A stretch of DNA of 64,000 nt. It comes from an uncultured Syntrophobacter sp. GTDB lineage: Bacteria; Desulfobacterota; Syntrophobacteria; Syntrophobacterales; Syntrophobacteraceae. The notes below the pieces were generated by a model that was given only the letters and a program-made list of their open reading frames with translations, did no database searches and was not told the DNA's origin. The stretch is taken from contig CAZIJV010000008.1 in assembly GCA_964539645.1 (NCBI GenBank), positions 19,461 through 83,460 on the forward strand, read 5' to 3'. The position numbers were made by a program, and so were the translations under genes. Shown here piece by piece: positions 44,550-53,842 of the stretch; within the stretch, counting starts at the first letter, position 1; every line of letters begins with the position of its first letter.

Positions 44550-46450
44550 GAATATTCTTCCGTGAGGCAGGTGAGTGCGGGTTCGTCGAAGCGGAAAGAG
44601 ATTTCGTAGACTCCTTCATCCAGAACGGAATGTACAACGAATGCAACGCTGTTGAAGACAGAGAGCATGCGCTTGTTGGAGGTGAGCACATAGGCGATAA
44701 AGCCGGTAATGCCCTTTGTTTTCGCGATTTCACAAAGGTAGTGGAGGAGGAAGGTGCCTATTCCCTTTTGCTGCCATCCAGCGGCCACAGCGAAATCGAC
44801 CTCGGCATAGTTGGTCTTTTGATCGAGAATGTACCTTCCTACGGCGATAATCGTCTCATTGCCGATTTCTCCGGTCACGCCGACTATGGCCATCTCATGC
44901 TCGTAGTCGATGTTGCACATCGCCTGAGTGTTTCTGTGCGGGAAAACCTTCATTGCCGACAGGAAACGGTAATAGACATCCTGGTCGGGGAGTGAGTAGA
45001 AGAACTCCTGGAGCGCCCTTTCATCAGTCGGCTTGATGGGGCGGAAAAACACCGTGTGGGAAGGAGGGAAGACCTGGTGTGTTTCCCACTGGCCCGGATA
45101 GAGCGGTTCGTAAATCGGTGGAAGTATCTGATCTTCGTAGACGTAGTGGAGATGTTTCGCCTCCTGGAGCAGCCGTTCCCGAAATCTCGGGTGAGCAATA
45201 TTGATGAGGGCGAGCGCGCGCTCCCGGATGGTCTTGCCGTGAAGGTAGGCGATTCCGAATTCCGTAACAATATAGCGGACGGTGCTCCGGGAACTCACCA
45301 CTCCGGCGCCGTGGGTGAGGTGGCTGACGATGCGCGACTTGCGTCCGTCCGGACTGGTCGAGGGAAGCACGATGATGGTCTTGCCTTTGTCGGCGCTCGA
45401 AGCTCCATGCATGAAATCGACATATCCGCCGATGCCGCTGTAGACCTTGTGGCCGATTGAATCCGCGCATATCTGGCCCGTCAGGTCGATTTCCAGCGCT
45501 GAGTTGATCGCGGTCATCCGTTCATGCTGACTGATTAGTTTGCTGCTGTTCACATAATCGATGGGATAGAGTTCGACTTCCGGATTATTGTTGACGAAGT
45601 CATAAAGGTCCATGCTGCCCATACAGAAGCTGGCCACTATTTTGCCTTGATGAACCGTCTTCTTCAGACCGGTGACCACACCTTTGCGAATCAGGTGCAG
45701 ATGTGAGTCCGTGAGTATTTCGGTGTGGATTCCCAGGTGCTTCTTGTCTTCCAGGTATCGCAAAACCGAACTGGGGATTCTACCGATTCCGACCTGGATG
45801 GTAGAGCCGTCCTCGACCAGTATGGAAACATACTTGGCGATACGTTCGGCCACGGCGCTGCGTTCCCGGAAGATTACTTCCAGGAGCGGTTCGTCATGTT
45901 CGACAAAATGGTTGATTCGGGAAATGTGAAGAAAACTGTCCCCCAGTGTGCGCGGCATGTTTGAATTCACCTGGGCCACGACGATTCGGGCTGCTTCCGC
46001 CGCACTCTTGGCCGTGCCGACCGAAATGCCCATCGAGCAAAAGCCGTGTTCATCGGGGGGCGTAACCTGAATGAGAGCGATATCAAGGTTCCAGAGGGGT
46101 TCTTCCCTAAAAAGGTTCGGTATCGAAGAGAAAAAAATCGGGATGTAGTCCGCAAGTCCGCTATTCACCGCACCACGAGACCGGGGCCCCACAAAGAAGG
46201 TTTTTAGCCTCGCATTGTCCTTGTAGGCCCTCCAGTCCAAGGGCAGGGCGCCGAACGACAGATTCTGGACCAGTTCGAGATCACGGTATCCAGGCAGAAG
46301 TTCAACCAGGGTTCTGACCAGGTGTTGAGGTTCCCCGCAGCCGGAGCCTATGTATATCCGGTTCCCATCGCGAAGTATCCCATGGAGTATCTCGTCCGCA
46401 TGGACTGTCTTCTCACGATATGTTGACTTCCACTGATTGCTAGCAGCCAT
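44546..46450 (-). CDS. acetyl-CoA hydrolase/transferase family domain fused to C-terminal GNAT acetyltransferase domain
   Basis: ORF 44546..46573 trimmed to the ATG at 46450 (MAASNQWKSTY). The N-terminal ~430 aa resemble Ach1/Cat1-type CoA-transferases (IYIGSGCGEPQ, GIHTEILTD, EIDLTGQICADS, GIGGYVDF). The C-terminal ~170 aa carry GNAT motif A (AVAAGWQQKGIGTFLLHYL). Confidence 0.82.
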   Translation of the reverse strand: MAASNQWKSTYREKTVHADEILHGILRDGNRIYIGSGCGEPQHLVRTLVELLPGYRDLELVQNLSFGALPLDWRAYKDNARLKTFFVGPRSRGAVNSGLADYIPIFFSSIPNLFREEPLWNLDIALIQVTPPDEHGFCSMGISVGTAKSAAEAARIVVAQVNSNMPRTLGDSFLHISRINHFVEHDEPLLEVIFRERSAVAERIAKYVSILVEDGSTIQVGIGRIPSSVLRYLEDKKHLGIHTEILTDSHLHLIRKGVVTGLKKTVHQGKIVASFCMGSMDLYDFVNNNPEVELYPIDYVNSSKLISQHERMTAINSALEIDLTGQICADSIGHKVYSGIGGYVDFMHGASSADKGKTIIVLPSTSPDGRKSRIVSHLTHGAGVVSSRSTVRYIVTEFGIAYLHGKTIRERALALINIAHPRFRERLLQEAKHLHYVYEDQILPPIYEPLYPGQWETHQVFPPSHTVFFRPIKPTDERALQEFFYSLPDQDVYYRFLSAMKVFPHRNTQAMCNIDYEHEMAIVGVTGEIGNETIIAVGRYILDQKTNYAEVDFAVAAGWQQKGIGTFLLHYLCEIAKTKGITGFIAYVLTSNKRMLSVFNSVAFVVHSVLDEGVYEISFRFDEPALTCLTEEYS

Positions 46451-46801
46451 CTTCAGAATTTCCGCGGCATGGCGCCGGATAATTGGAATACAACGTGCAA
46501 ATCTAGACCCGCGTGACTGAACCCGGACAGGAATGCTGCCTCCGCCGGTTTTTTTTATAGCATACCGATACAAAAAAGGGCATTACTTAATGCGGTGGCA
46601 TGGTGCGCAGATTAAATTTTATGCGTTGTAAATTCAAATACTTAGGTACCATGTAGGGGGAATCTAGCCCCGGCCCGCCGCTGCTGTCCATTGCAGCAGC
46701 CTTGAATTTGAAGTATTCGATTCATCAGTTGAAAGCGGGCAATCTTAAATGATTGAAAGAAACCTCACGGGATGGTTCTAAGCACGAAAGGAAGGAGAGC
46801 A

Positions 46802-48439
46802 ATGCGCATCGCCATAGGCCAGATTAATCCTCTGATCGGGGACTTCGCGGGGAATACGAAGAAAATATGCCGTTGGATACAACGGGCAAGGGAGTCCGCA
46901 GCCGATCTCGTCGTTTTCCCGGAAATGGCCCTGATAGGCTATCCGCCAAGGGATCTTCTGGACAAGAACGGGTTTGTGGCGGAGAGTTTGAAGTATTGGG
47001 ACAAGATAGCGCGTGCGAGCAAGGGAATTGGAGTCATTGTCGGTGTAGTGTCATTAAATGAGGGGAGCGGGAAGCCCTATCACAATACAGCGCTTTTCTA
47101 CGAGGAAGGCAGGCTGCTCAAGACCGCGCATAAGATGCTGCTCCCTTCCTATGATGTCTTCGACGAAGAGCGGTATTTCGAGCCTGGAAAAGAGGTCGCA
47201 TGGGTCGATTTCAGGGGGGAGCGGATCGGCCTCACGATATGCGAGGACATCTGGAATGTGACCGAGTACCTGCCTCGACCGCTCTACCATTGCAATCCGG
47301 TGCGGGAACTGCAAAAAGCAACCGTCAGCCTGATAATAAACATTGCCGCCTCTCCCTATCATGTCGGAAAGGCATCCTGGGTAGAGCAGCTTTTGAAGGG
47401 ACATGTCAGCGAATCGAAGGCGCAGCTTGTCTATGTGAACCAGGTCGGAGGCAATGACGAGCTTATCTTTCAAGGGCGCAGCGTCGTGCTGGATGAGCAT
47501 GGCAGTGTGTGTGCAAGCGGGCTTAACTTCGAGGAGGACTTCTTTGTATATGACATGAAGAGCCGGGCAGGGGAGCTTCATGGAACGGAATTGGACCATG
47601 CTTCCGAGATAATCGGCGCTCTGACGCTGGGACTGCGTGATTACGCCGGTAAGTGCTCCTTTACACAGGCGCTGGTGGGTCTGAGCGGCGGAGTGGATTC
47701 GGCGCTTACCGCCTGTGTCGCCGTGCTTGCCTTGGGCCCCGAAAACGTCATGGGTGTGGCGATGCCGGGGCCCTATAACGCCCCGGCGAGTCTGACCGAT
47801 GCGAGAGAGCTTGCTAGCCGCCTGGGTATAGATTTCAAAGTGGTGGGCATCGGGGAGCTTTTCGATAATGCACTGAAGCTGCTGAAACCGATTTTTAACG
47901 ATCTACCGCAGGATTTCACGGAAGAAAATCTTCAGGCGCGCCTTAGGGGCATGACGCTTATGTCCATTTCCAATAAGTTTAGAAGACTGCTGCTAAGCAC
48001 GGGCAACAAATCGGAAATAGCCGTGGGGTACTGCACTCTGTATGGCGATATGAACGGCGGACTTGCAGTACTGGGGGACATACCCAAGACAATGGTCTAC
48101 GATATAGCCAGACGAATAAACAGGGACTACGACTGGATTCCCGAGCGCACCCTCACCCGTGCTCCTTCGGCTGAACTCCGACCCGATCAGAAGGATCAGG
48201 ATACGCTTCCGCCCTATGAGATTCTTGACGGCATACTTGGTGAATATGTCGAGCAGCGTTTGCCGGCACACCAGATTATTGCGCATGGATTTGAGCCGGA
48301 GGTTGTAAAATGGGTGCTTCGGCGCATTACTCTCAATGAATACAAGAGGTGGCAGTCTCCTCCGATCCTGCGGGTCACCACGAAGGCGTTCGGGATAGGA
48401 AGGCGCGCTCCGATCGCGCACGGGTACATCGAGGGCTGA
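46802..48439 (+). CDS. nadE: glutamine-dependent NAD+ synthetase
   Basis: ORF 46772..48439 trimmed to the ATG at 46802, after GGAAGGAGAG. N-terminal nitrilase-type domain: VVFPEMALIGYPPRD, LTICEDIW. C-terminal PP-loop synthetase: GLSGGVDSAL, TGNKSEIAVGYCTLYGD. Confidence 0.93.
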   Translation: MRIAIGQINPLIGDFAGNTKKICRWIQRARESAADLVVFPEMALIGYPPRDLLDKNGFVAESLKYWDKIARASKGIGVIVGVVSLNEGSGKPYHNTALFYEEGRLLKTAHKMLLPSYDVFDEERYFEPGKEVAWVDFRGERIGLTICEDIWNVTEYLPRPLYHCNPVRELQKATVSLIINIAASPYHVGKASWVEQLLKGHVSESKAQLVYVNQVGGNDELIFQGRSVVLDEHGSVCASGLNFEEDFFVYDMKSRAGELHGTELDHASEIIGALTLGLRDYAGKCSFTQALVGLSGGVDSALTACVAVLALGPENVMGVAMPGPYNAPASLTDARELASRLGIDFKVVGIGELFDNALKLLKPIFNDLPQDFTEENLQARLRGMTLMSISNKFRRLLLSTGNKSEIAVGYCTLYGDMNGGLAVLGDIPKTMVYDIARRINRDYDWIPERTLTRAPSAELRPDQKDQDTLPPYEILDGILGEYVEQRLPAHQIIAHGFEPEVVKWVLRRITLNEYKRWQSPPILRVTTKAFGIGRRAPIAHGYIEG

Positions 48440-48440
48440 T

Positions 48441-48456
48441 GAGACAATTTTGTTTC
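48441..48456. promoter_or_regulatory. AACAA-N2-TTGTT-type inverted repeat upstream of glnB
   Basis: GAGACAATTTTGTTTC, 2 nt after the nadE stop and 54 nt before the glnB ATG. It matches 13 of 16 positions of the perfect site at 51523-51538. Confidence 0.4.
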
Positions 48457-48471
48457 ATTTACCGACCATGA

Positions 48472-48849
<378 letters not shown>

Positions 48850-48883
48850 TCTTATCTGTGTTAATTTAATGCCTTATTTCTGA

Positions 48884-51493
48884 TTGGCGTTTAAAAACAT
48901 GGTACTTCGTGCAAATCTTCAGCAAAGACTCATACAACTTCGCGAGAATTTTACCCAGGAATGCCGCGGAGACGTGCCGGGTGTCCTCGCGGCCCGCACC
49001 TACTCGTCCAGCTTTCATGAGGCGCTTCAACAGGCCTTCAATGAAGAGGTTATCAAACAGGATAGCTGGGCTGTTGTAGCGGTAGGCGGATTGGGCAGGG
49101 GAGAGCTTAGTTTCTCATCTGATCTTGACCTGCTGTTTCTGTACAAAAAGCGCATTCCCCCTTTTCTTCAGGAGATGGTGCGCACCCTGGTCTACGGGTT
49201 GTGGGACAGCGGCTTCGAGGTTGGCCATGCCACGGCTTCTCTCTCTTCAGTGCGGAAGATGGTGCAGGACGATTTTACCATCCTCACCAACCATCTCGAG
49301 GCTCGTCTGATAGCAGGCGATGAAGCGTTCTATAATGAGTGGAGGCAGTCTTTTCTCAAGAGCTTCGGCGCCCAGAACAGGCGGCGCTTTCTCCATGAAC
49401 TGACCGAGTACCGGGGCAGACGGCTCCGCCAGTTTCGCGAAAGCCCCTATCTTCTGGAGCCCCACGTCAAAGATGGAGTCGGGGGATTACGGGACATCCA
49501 TACGATGAGATGGGCGGGGATCGTCTTCCTCCAGGACCCATCGCTTGCAGCGATGATCAAACGGGAATGGCTGACTGAGAGCGAGGCGCTGTGGCTTGAC
49601 CAGGCGTACGATTTCCTCTGGCGCGTGCGGCTCCAGTTGCACCAGCTCAACGGAAGGAGAAAGGACCAGCTCTTTTTTCCGGAGCAGGAGAAGATCTCGC
49701 AGAGAATGGGGTGCATGGACGGCACGGAGGGTTCGGCGGTAGAGGCCTTTATGCGCCTGTACTACCGGCACACATCCAGAATACGCCGTACAACCTCTTT
49801 TTTCCTGGAACGGGTTGAGGAGGCGCACAAACGGTTCAGGGGAATTCATCTGCGAAGAAGAATCCTGCCCGGCCCCTTTTTGCTGGAAGGAAAGCACCTG
49901 CATTTCATGGAGCCTGAATGGGTAAAGAAGGAGCCGCCCCTGCTGATGCGCTTTTTCTGGCAGGCTGCTCAGTCCAGGGCGCATTTTCACCATCAGGCGG
50001 GGAAGGTCATACGGGAGAACCTTGGAGAATTTAAAGAGAACGACAGGAGAAACCCGGAGGTTCTGAAGCAGTTCTTCGACATACTGCTGGACCCCGAACA
50101 CTCTTTCACCGTGCTCAAGGTCATGCTGGAGACTGCGTTTCTCCAGGCGTTCATCCCGGAATTTGCAGGCGTCCGGTATCGTGTGCAGAATGATGTCTAC
50201 CATGTCTACACGGTTGATGAGCACCTGCTGCGCACTGTCCGTGAGCTGCACGCGATCGAACGGGGGGAAGTGAGCGATTTGGCGCCCATACTGCCTGAAA
50301 ACATGAGCATCGAGCCGTCCGTCCGCAGGATTCTCTACCTCGCTGCGCTCCTGCACGATATCGGAAAAGGACGGGGCAGGAATCACGCCGTGCATGGCGC
50401 CGATATGGCCCGGACAATTGCGGAGAGAATGCAGCTCGACTCCCGGGAGAGCGACCTTTTGTTCTTTCTCATCGAGCATCATCTCATGCTTGCAGAAACA
50501 GCCCTGAAGCGGGACTTGATGGATGAAAAACCCATCTCGCAATGTGCTGTGGAGATTAAGGATCGGGAACGATTGCTATTGCTCTACCTGCTGACGGTTG
50601 CGGACAGCCGGGCGACCGGCACCAGCGCCTGGAACGCCTGGAAAGCTTCCCTGTTGCGGCAATTGTTCCTTAAAGTCGACAGGCTGCTGCTCAGGGGAGA
50701 CCTGAAGCCGGAGGACATGCAGGCAAGGAGCGCCGAGGCGCACCGGGAGGTAATGAAACTTCTTCCAACCCCGACTGAAGCCGAACGGCTTACCGGCTGG
50801 ATGGAAAGGCTTCCCTTCCGATACCTGCTCTCCCAGAGCCCGGCGGCCATACTCCAGCATTACAAAATGGAAAAGGAACTTGCCGGACGATCCGTTTGCC
50901 TCCGGGCGGAACCCGGTGAAGGTGAGATGTGGCAGATCACTGTAGTGACGAGAGACCGTCCGGGACTTTTTGCCCTCATCACCGGCGCCCTGTGGGCCAG
51001 GGGACTCAATATCCTTTCTGCCGACATCTACACCCATGAGCCGGGAGTGGCATGCGATATTCTTATTGTAGACAGTGTCCCCGATCCACTCCGCCCTGAA
51101 GAAGTGTGGAGCAGGCTCGAAGCTGACCTGGTGCGCTCCCTTGCCGACCCATCTTATCTCGATCAGATCCTCGAGAGCAGGCGAAGACCCTCCATCCTTC
51201 AGCCAAAGTCCATCCCCCGAAAAGAGGATAAGGTCATAATCGACGAAGATGCCTCCGATTTCTATACCCTGATCGAGGTTTACACCTGGGACCGCCCAGG
51301 GGTGCTTCATGCAATCACCAGTACACTCCACCACCTGGAGTTGACCATCCAACTGGCGAAAATATCCACGCCGGGTGCGCAGGTTGTCGATATCTTCTAT
51401 GTTACCGACCTGGGGGGTGAGAAGCTTATGGATTACGACCGGCACCAGGAGGTGCGGGAAAAGCTCCTGGAGTGTCTTGCCGGGGTAGGCTGA
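48884..51493 (+). CDS. glnD: [protein-PII] uridylyltransferase / uridylyl-removing enzyme
   Basis: 869-aa ORF (TTG at 48884; the ATG at 48899 is also possible). Nucleotidyltransferase motif GGLGRGELSFSSDLDLLFLY, HD domain LLHDIGKGRG..H, and two C-terminal ACT-like repeats. Confidence 0.9.
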   Translation: MAFKNMVLRANLQQRLIQLRENFTQECRGDVPGVLAARTYSSSFHEALQQAFNEEVIKQDSWAVVAVGGLGRGELSFSSDLDLLFLYKKRIPPFLQEMVRTLVYGLWDSGFEVGHATASLSSVRKMVQDDFTILTNHLEARLIAGDEAFYNEWRQSFLKSFGAQNRRRFLHELTEYRGRRLRQFRESPYLLEPHVKDGVGGLRDIHTMRWAGIVFLQDPSLAAMIKREWLTESEALWLDQAYDFLWRVRLQLHQLNGRRKDQLFFPEQEKISQRMGCMDGTEGSAVEAFMRLYYRHTSRIRRTTSFFLERVEEAHKRFRGIHLRRRILPGPFLLEGKHLHFMEPEWVKKEPPLLMRFFWQAAQSRAHFHHQAGKVIRENLGEFKENDRRNPEVLKQFFDILLDPEHSFTVLKVMLETAFLQAFIPEFAGVRYRVQNDVYHVYTVDEHLLRTVRELHAIERGEVSDLAPILPENMSIEPSVRRILYLAALLHDIGKGRGRNHAVHGADMARTIAERMQLDSRESDLLFFLIEHHLMLAETALKRDLMDEKPISQCAVEIKDRERLLLLYLLTVADSRATGTSAWNAWKASLLRQLFLKVDRLLLRGDLKPEDMQARSAEAHREVMKLLPTPTEAERLTGWMERLPFRYLLSQSPAAILQHYKMEKELAGRSVCLRAEPGEGEMWQITVVTRDRPGLFALITGALWARGLNILSADIYTHEPGVACDILIVDSVPDPLRPEEVWSRLEADLVRSLADPSYLDQILESRRRPSILQPKSIPRKEDKVIIDEDASDFYTLIEVYTWDRPGVLHAITSTLHHLELTIQLAKISTPGAQVVDIFYVTDLGGEKLMDYDRHQEVREKLLECLAGVG

Positions 51494-51522
51494 GCGGTGT
51501 TCCTCCGAGAAGATCAGATAAC

Positions 51523-51538
51523 GGAACAATTTTGTTCC
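51523..51538. promoter_or_regulatory. perfect 7-bp-arm inverted repeat, candidate enhancer/operator for glnA
   Basis: GGAACAA-TT-TTGTTCC, 30 nt after the glnD stop and about 260 bp upstream of the predicted sigma-54 promoter. The 2-nt spacer makes an RNA hairpin unlikely and favours a protein-binding site. Confidence 0.45.
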
Positions 51539-51643
51539 ACTGTCAAACCGTCCGCAGTATAGGAAATTTTAAAGAGATTCCGCCTGTTTATAGCCATGCG
51601 TCATTGTTCTTGCCGCTTTTTGGCGCCCTTGTCCTTTTTCGAT

Positions 51644-51659
51644 GTAACAAAATTGTGCT
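51644..51659. promoter_or_regulatory. second, weaker copy of the AACAA-N2-TTGT repeat upstream of glnA
   Basis: GTAACAA-AA-TTGTGCT matches 11 of 16 positions of the 51523 site. It lies about 125 bp upstream of the sigma-54 promoter element. Confidence 0.3.
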
Positions 51660-51767
51660 GTTGGGAGCCCTCTTTCAGAGCATCCTTGTTGCCGGTTCCA
51701 CGTAGAGTGACTAGTAAACGCTCTTGAGCCGCGGAGAAGAACTCGCTTTGCCTCTGGAAATCGAAGT

Positions 51768-51782
51768 TGGCAAGGTATTTGC
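51768..51782 (+). promoter_or_regulatory. sigma-54 (-24/-12) promoter for glnA
   Basis: TGGCAAGGTATTTGC fits TGGCAC-N5-TTGC with the canonical GG-N10-GC spacing. It ends 58 nt before the glnA ATG. Confidence 0.7.
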
Positions 51783-51840
51783 CTATAGACCCTCTCGTCA
51801 GGAATTCATCCCTGATGTGAAAATTCATAGGAGGAAATAT

Positions 51841-53253
51841 ATGACCCCGAAAGAAGTACTGGCATATGCGAAAGAGAACGGCGCCAAAATGGTGGATTTC
51901 AAGTTCATGGACTTTGTCGGGACCTGGCAGCACTTCACGAATCCGATATCTGAATTGGGTGAGAGCGACTTTGAAGCCGGGTACGGATTCGATGGGTCCA
52001 GCATACGCGGTTGGCAGCCGATCAACGCCAGTGATATGCTGATCATCCCCGATGCCGACACGGCAATGATGGATCCTTTCATGGCCGTGCCCACCCTGAG
52101 CCTGATCTGCAACGTGGTCGATCCTGTCACCATGGAGAGGTACTCGCGCGATCCGCGGTACATAGCTCAGAAAGCGGAGGAATACCTCAAATTTACCGGA
52201 ATCGGCGACATGGCCTGGTTCGGCCCTGAAGCGGAATTCTTCATCTTCGACGATATTCGCTTCGAGACATCGGTCAACTACGGCTACTACTACATCGACT
52301 CTTCCGAAGGACAGTGGAACTCGGGCAGGATTGAAAGCCCGAATCTCGGATACAAGCCTCGCTATAAAGAGGGCTATTTTCCGGTGCCCCCCACTGATTC
52401 GCAGCAGGACCTCCGCACCGAGATGGTCCTGGCGATGCAGCAGGTCGGACTGACGGTAGAATGCCAGCATCATGAAGTCGCAACGGCAGGGCAGGCGGAA
52501 ATCGACATGAAGGCTGCCCCCCTGGTCAAGATGGCGGACAATCTGCAGTGGTACAAATATGTGATCAAAAATGTGGCCCGCCGCAACTGCAAGACAGTCA
52601 CCTTTATGCCGAAGCCGCTTTTTGGCGACAACGGCTCGGGCATGCATATCCACGTCAGCATCTGGAAAGAAAACAAGCCCCTTTTTGCCGGCGACAAGTA
52701 TGCGGGACTCAGTGAAATGGCCCTGTGGGCTGCAGGCGGTATTTTGAAACATGCTGCCGCCATTTGCGCCATAACCAATCCGACCACCAACTCCTATAAG
52801 AGGCTCGTACCCGGATACGAAGCTCCCGTCAACCTGGCTTATTCCAGCAGGAACCGTAGCGCCGGCATCCGTATCCCGATGTATTCGGCATCACCCAAAC
52901 TCAAGCGCCTCGAAGTGCGCTTCCCCGATCCATCCTGTAACGGCTATCTCGCCTTCAGCGCACTCCTGATGGCGGCCCTTGACGGCATCGAAAACCGCAT
53001 CGATCCGGGCGAACCGCTCGACAGGGACATCTACTCCATGACCCCGGAAGAACTGACCAAGGTCCCCTCAACTCCCGGTTCGCTCGACGGAGCTCTCAAC
53101 GCGCTTGCCAAGGACCATGAATTCCTGCTCAAAGGCGATGTTTTCACCCAGGATGTTATCGAAAAGTGGATCGAATACAAGACCCTGCATGAAGTCGATC
53201 CTGTTCGCATGAAGCCGCATCCCGAGGAGTTCAAACTCTATTTTGACATCTAG
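51841..53253 (+). CDS. glnA: glutamine synthetase type I
   Basis: ORF 51724..53253 trimmed to the ATG at 51841, after AGGAGGA. Motifs: [42 protein letters not shown]. Confidence 0.95.
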   Translation: MTPKEVLAYAKENGAKMVDFKFMDFVGTWQHFTNPISELGESDFEAGYGFDGSSIRGWQPINASDMLIIPDADTAMMDPFMAVPTLSLICNVVDPVTMERYSRDPRYIAQKAEEYLKFTGIGDMAWFGPEAEFFIFDDIRFETSVNYGYYYIDSSEGQWNSGRIESPNLGYKPRYKEGYFPVPPTDSQQDLRTEMVLAMQQVGLTVECQHHEVATAGQAEIDMKAAPLVKMADNLQWYKYVIKNVARRNCKTVTFMPKPLFGDNGSGMHIHVSIWKENKPLFAGDKYAGLSEMALWAAGGILKHAAAICAITNPTTNSYKRLVPGYEAPVNLAYSSRNRSAGIRIPMYSASPKLKRLEVRFPDPSCNGYLAFSALLMAALDGIENRIDPGEPLDRDIYSMTPEELTKVPSTPGSLDGALNALAKDHEFLLKGDVFTQDVIEKWIEYKTLHEVDPVRMKPHPEEFKLYFDI

Positions 53254-53293
53254 ACCCGACAGGTCTGGAATCGATCCACGAATCGTCGCCCTA

Positions 53294-53324
53294 CCCCGGG
53301 GGGAATTCCTTCCCCGGGGTTTTC
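53294..53324 (+). terminator. rho-independent terminator after glnA
   Basis: CCCCGGGG (53294-53301), a 10-nt loop, CCCCGGGG (53312-53319), then TTTT. The arm is self-complementary and forms an 8-bp GC stem. Confidence 0.75.
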
Positions 53325-53351
53325 TACGTGCTCACTCTCTGGGGTATTGCC

Positions 53352-53678
53352 ATGCGAACGGGAAATATCTTCACTGGAATTCCCGCCATGATCCCGGCTG
53401 GTTCGGAGTTGTTCGAGGATCTCGGCGGGTCTGCAAAAGTGAGGATTGAGAGAATCGTATCCGATGGTCACGCCTCTTCCGAGGGGTTCTGGTATGACCA
53501 GGAGGAGTCGGAATGGGTTATGGTGCTGCAGGGAAGAGCAGGCTTGAGGTTCGAGGCGGAAGAGAGTCTGCTTGAGCTTGGCCCCGGCGACTGGGTGGAT
53601 ATCCCGGCGCACGTCCGGCACAGAGTGGAGTGGACGGATAGCGAAGAGAAGACTGTCTGGCTGGCAGTGCTTTATTAG
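53352..53678 (+). CDS. cupin domain protein
   Basis: ORF 53328..53678 with a start at 53352 or 53328. EWVMVLQGRAGLRFE...GDWVDIPAHVRHRVEW is the two-motif cupin beta-barrel pattern. Confidence 0.75.
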   Translation: MRTGNIFTGIPAMIPAGSELFEDLGGSAKVRIERIVSDGHASSEGFWYDQEESEWVMVLQGRAGLRFEAEESLLELGPGDWVDIPAHVRHRVEWTDSEEKTVWLAVLY

Positions 53679-53842
53679 AAATATTTGAGACCTGTCCGAG
53701 AACTCCATCCACGAGGTTTGATCTATCGCTCCTCGAGGAGATGGGGTCGGACAGGTCTAAGAGTCTTTTGTTGTTTTGGAGCACGAACGTACTCTATGCT
53801 GAAGCTAAGCGAGTCCAGGCTCCTCTATCCGGTTCCCTGCAA

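Noticed and set aside
51523-51538. Reading the GGAACAATTTTGTTCC palindrome as the glnD transcription terminator
   Set aside because: As RNA it could form only a 6-bp A/U-rich stem with a 4-nt loop, and it has no following U-tract. Similar sequences recur upstream of glnB and glnA, which favours a protein-binding site.
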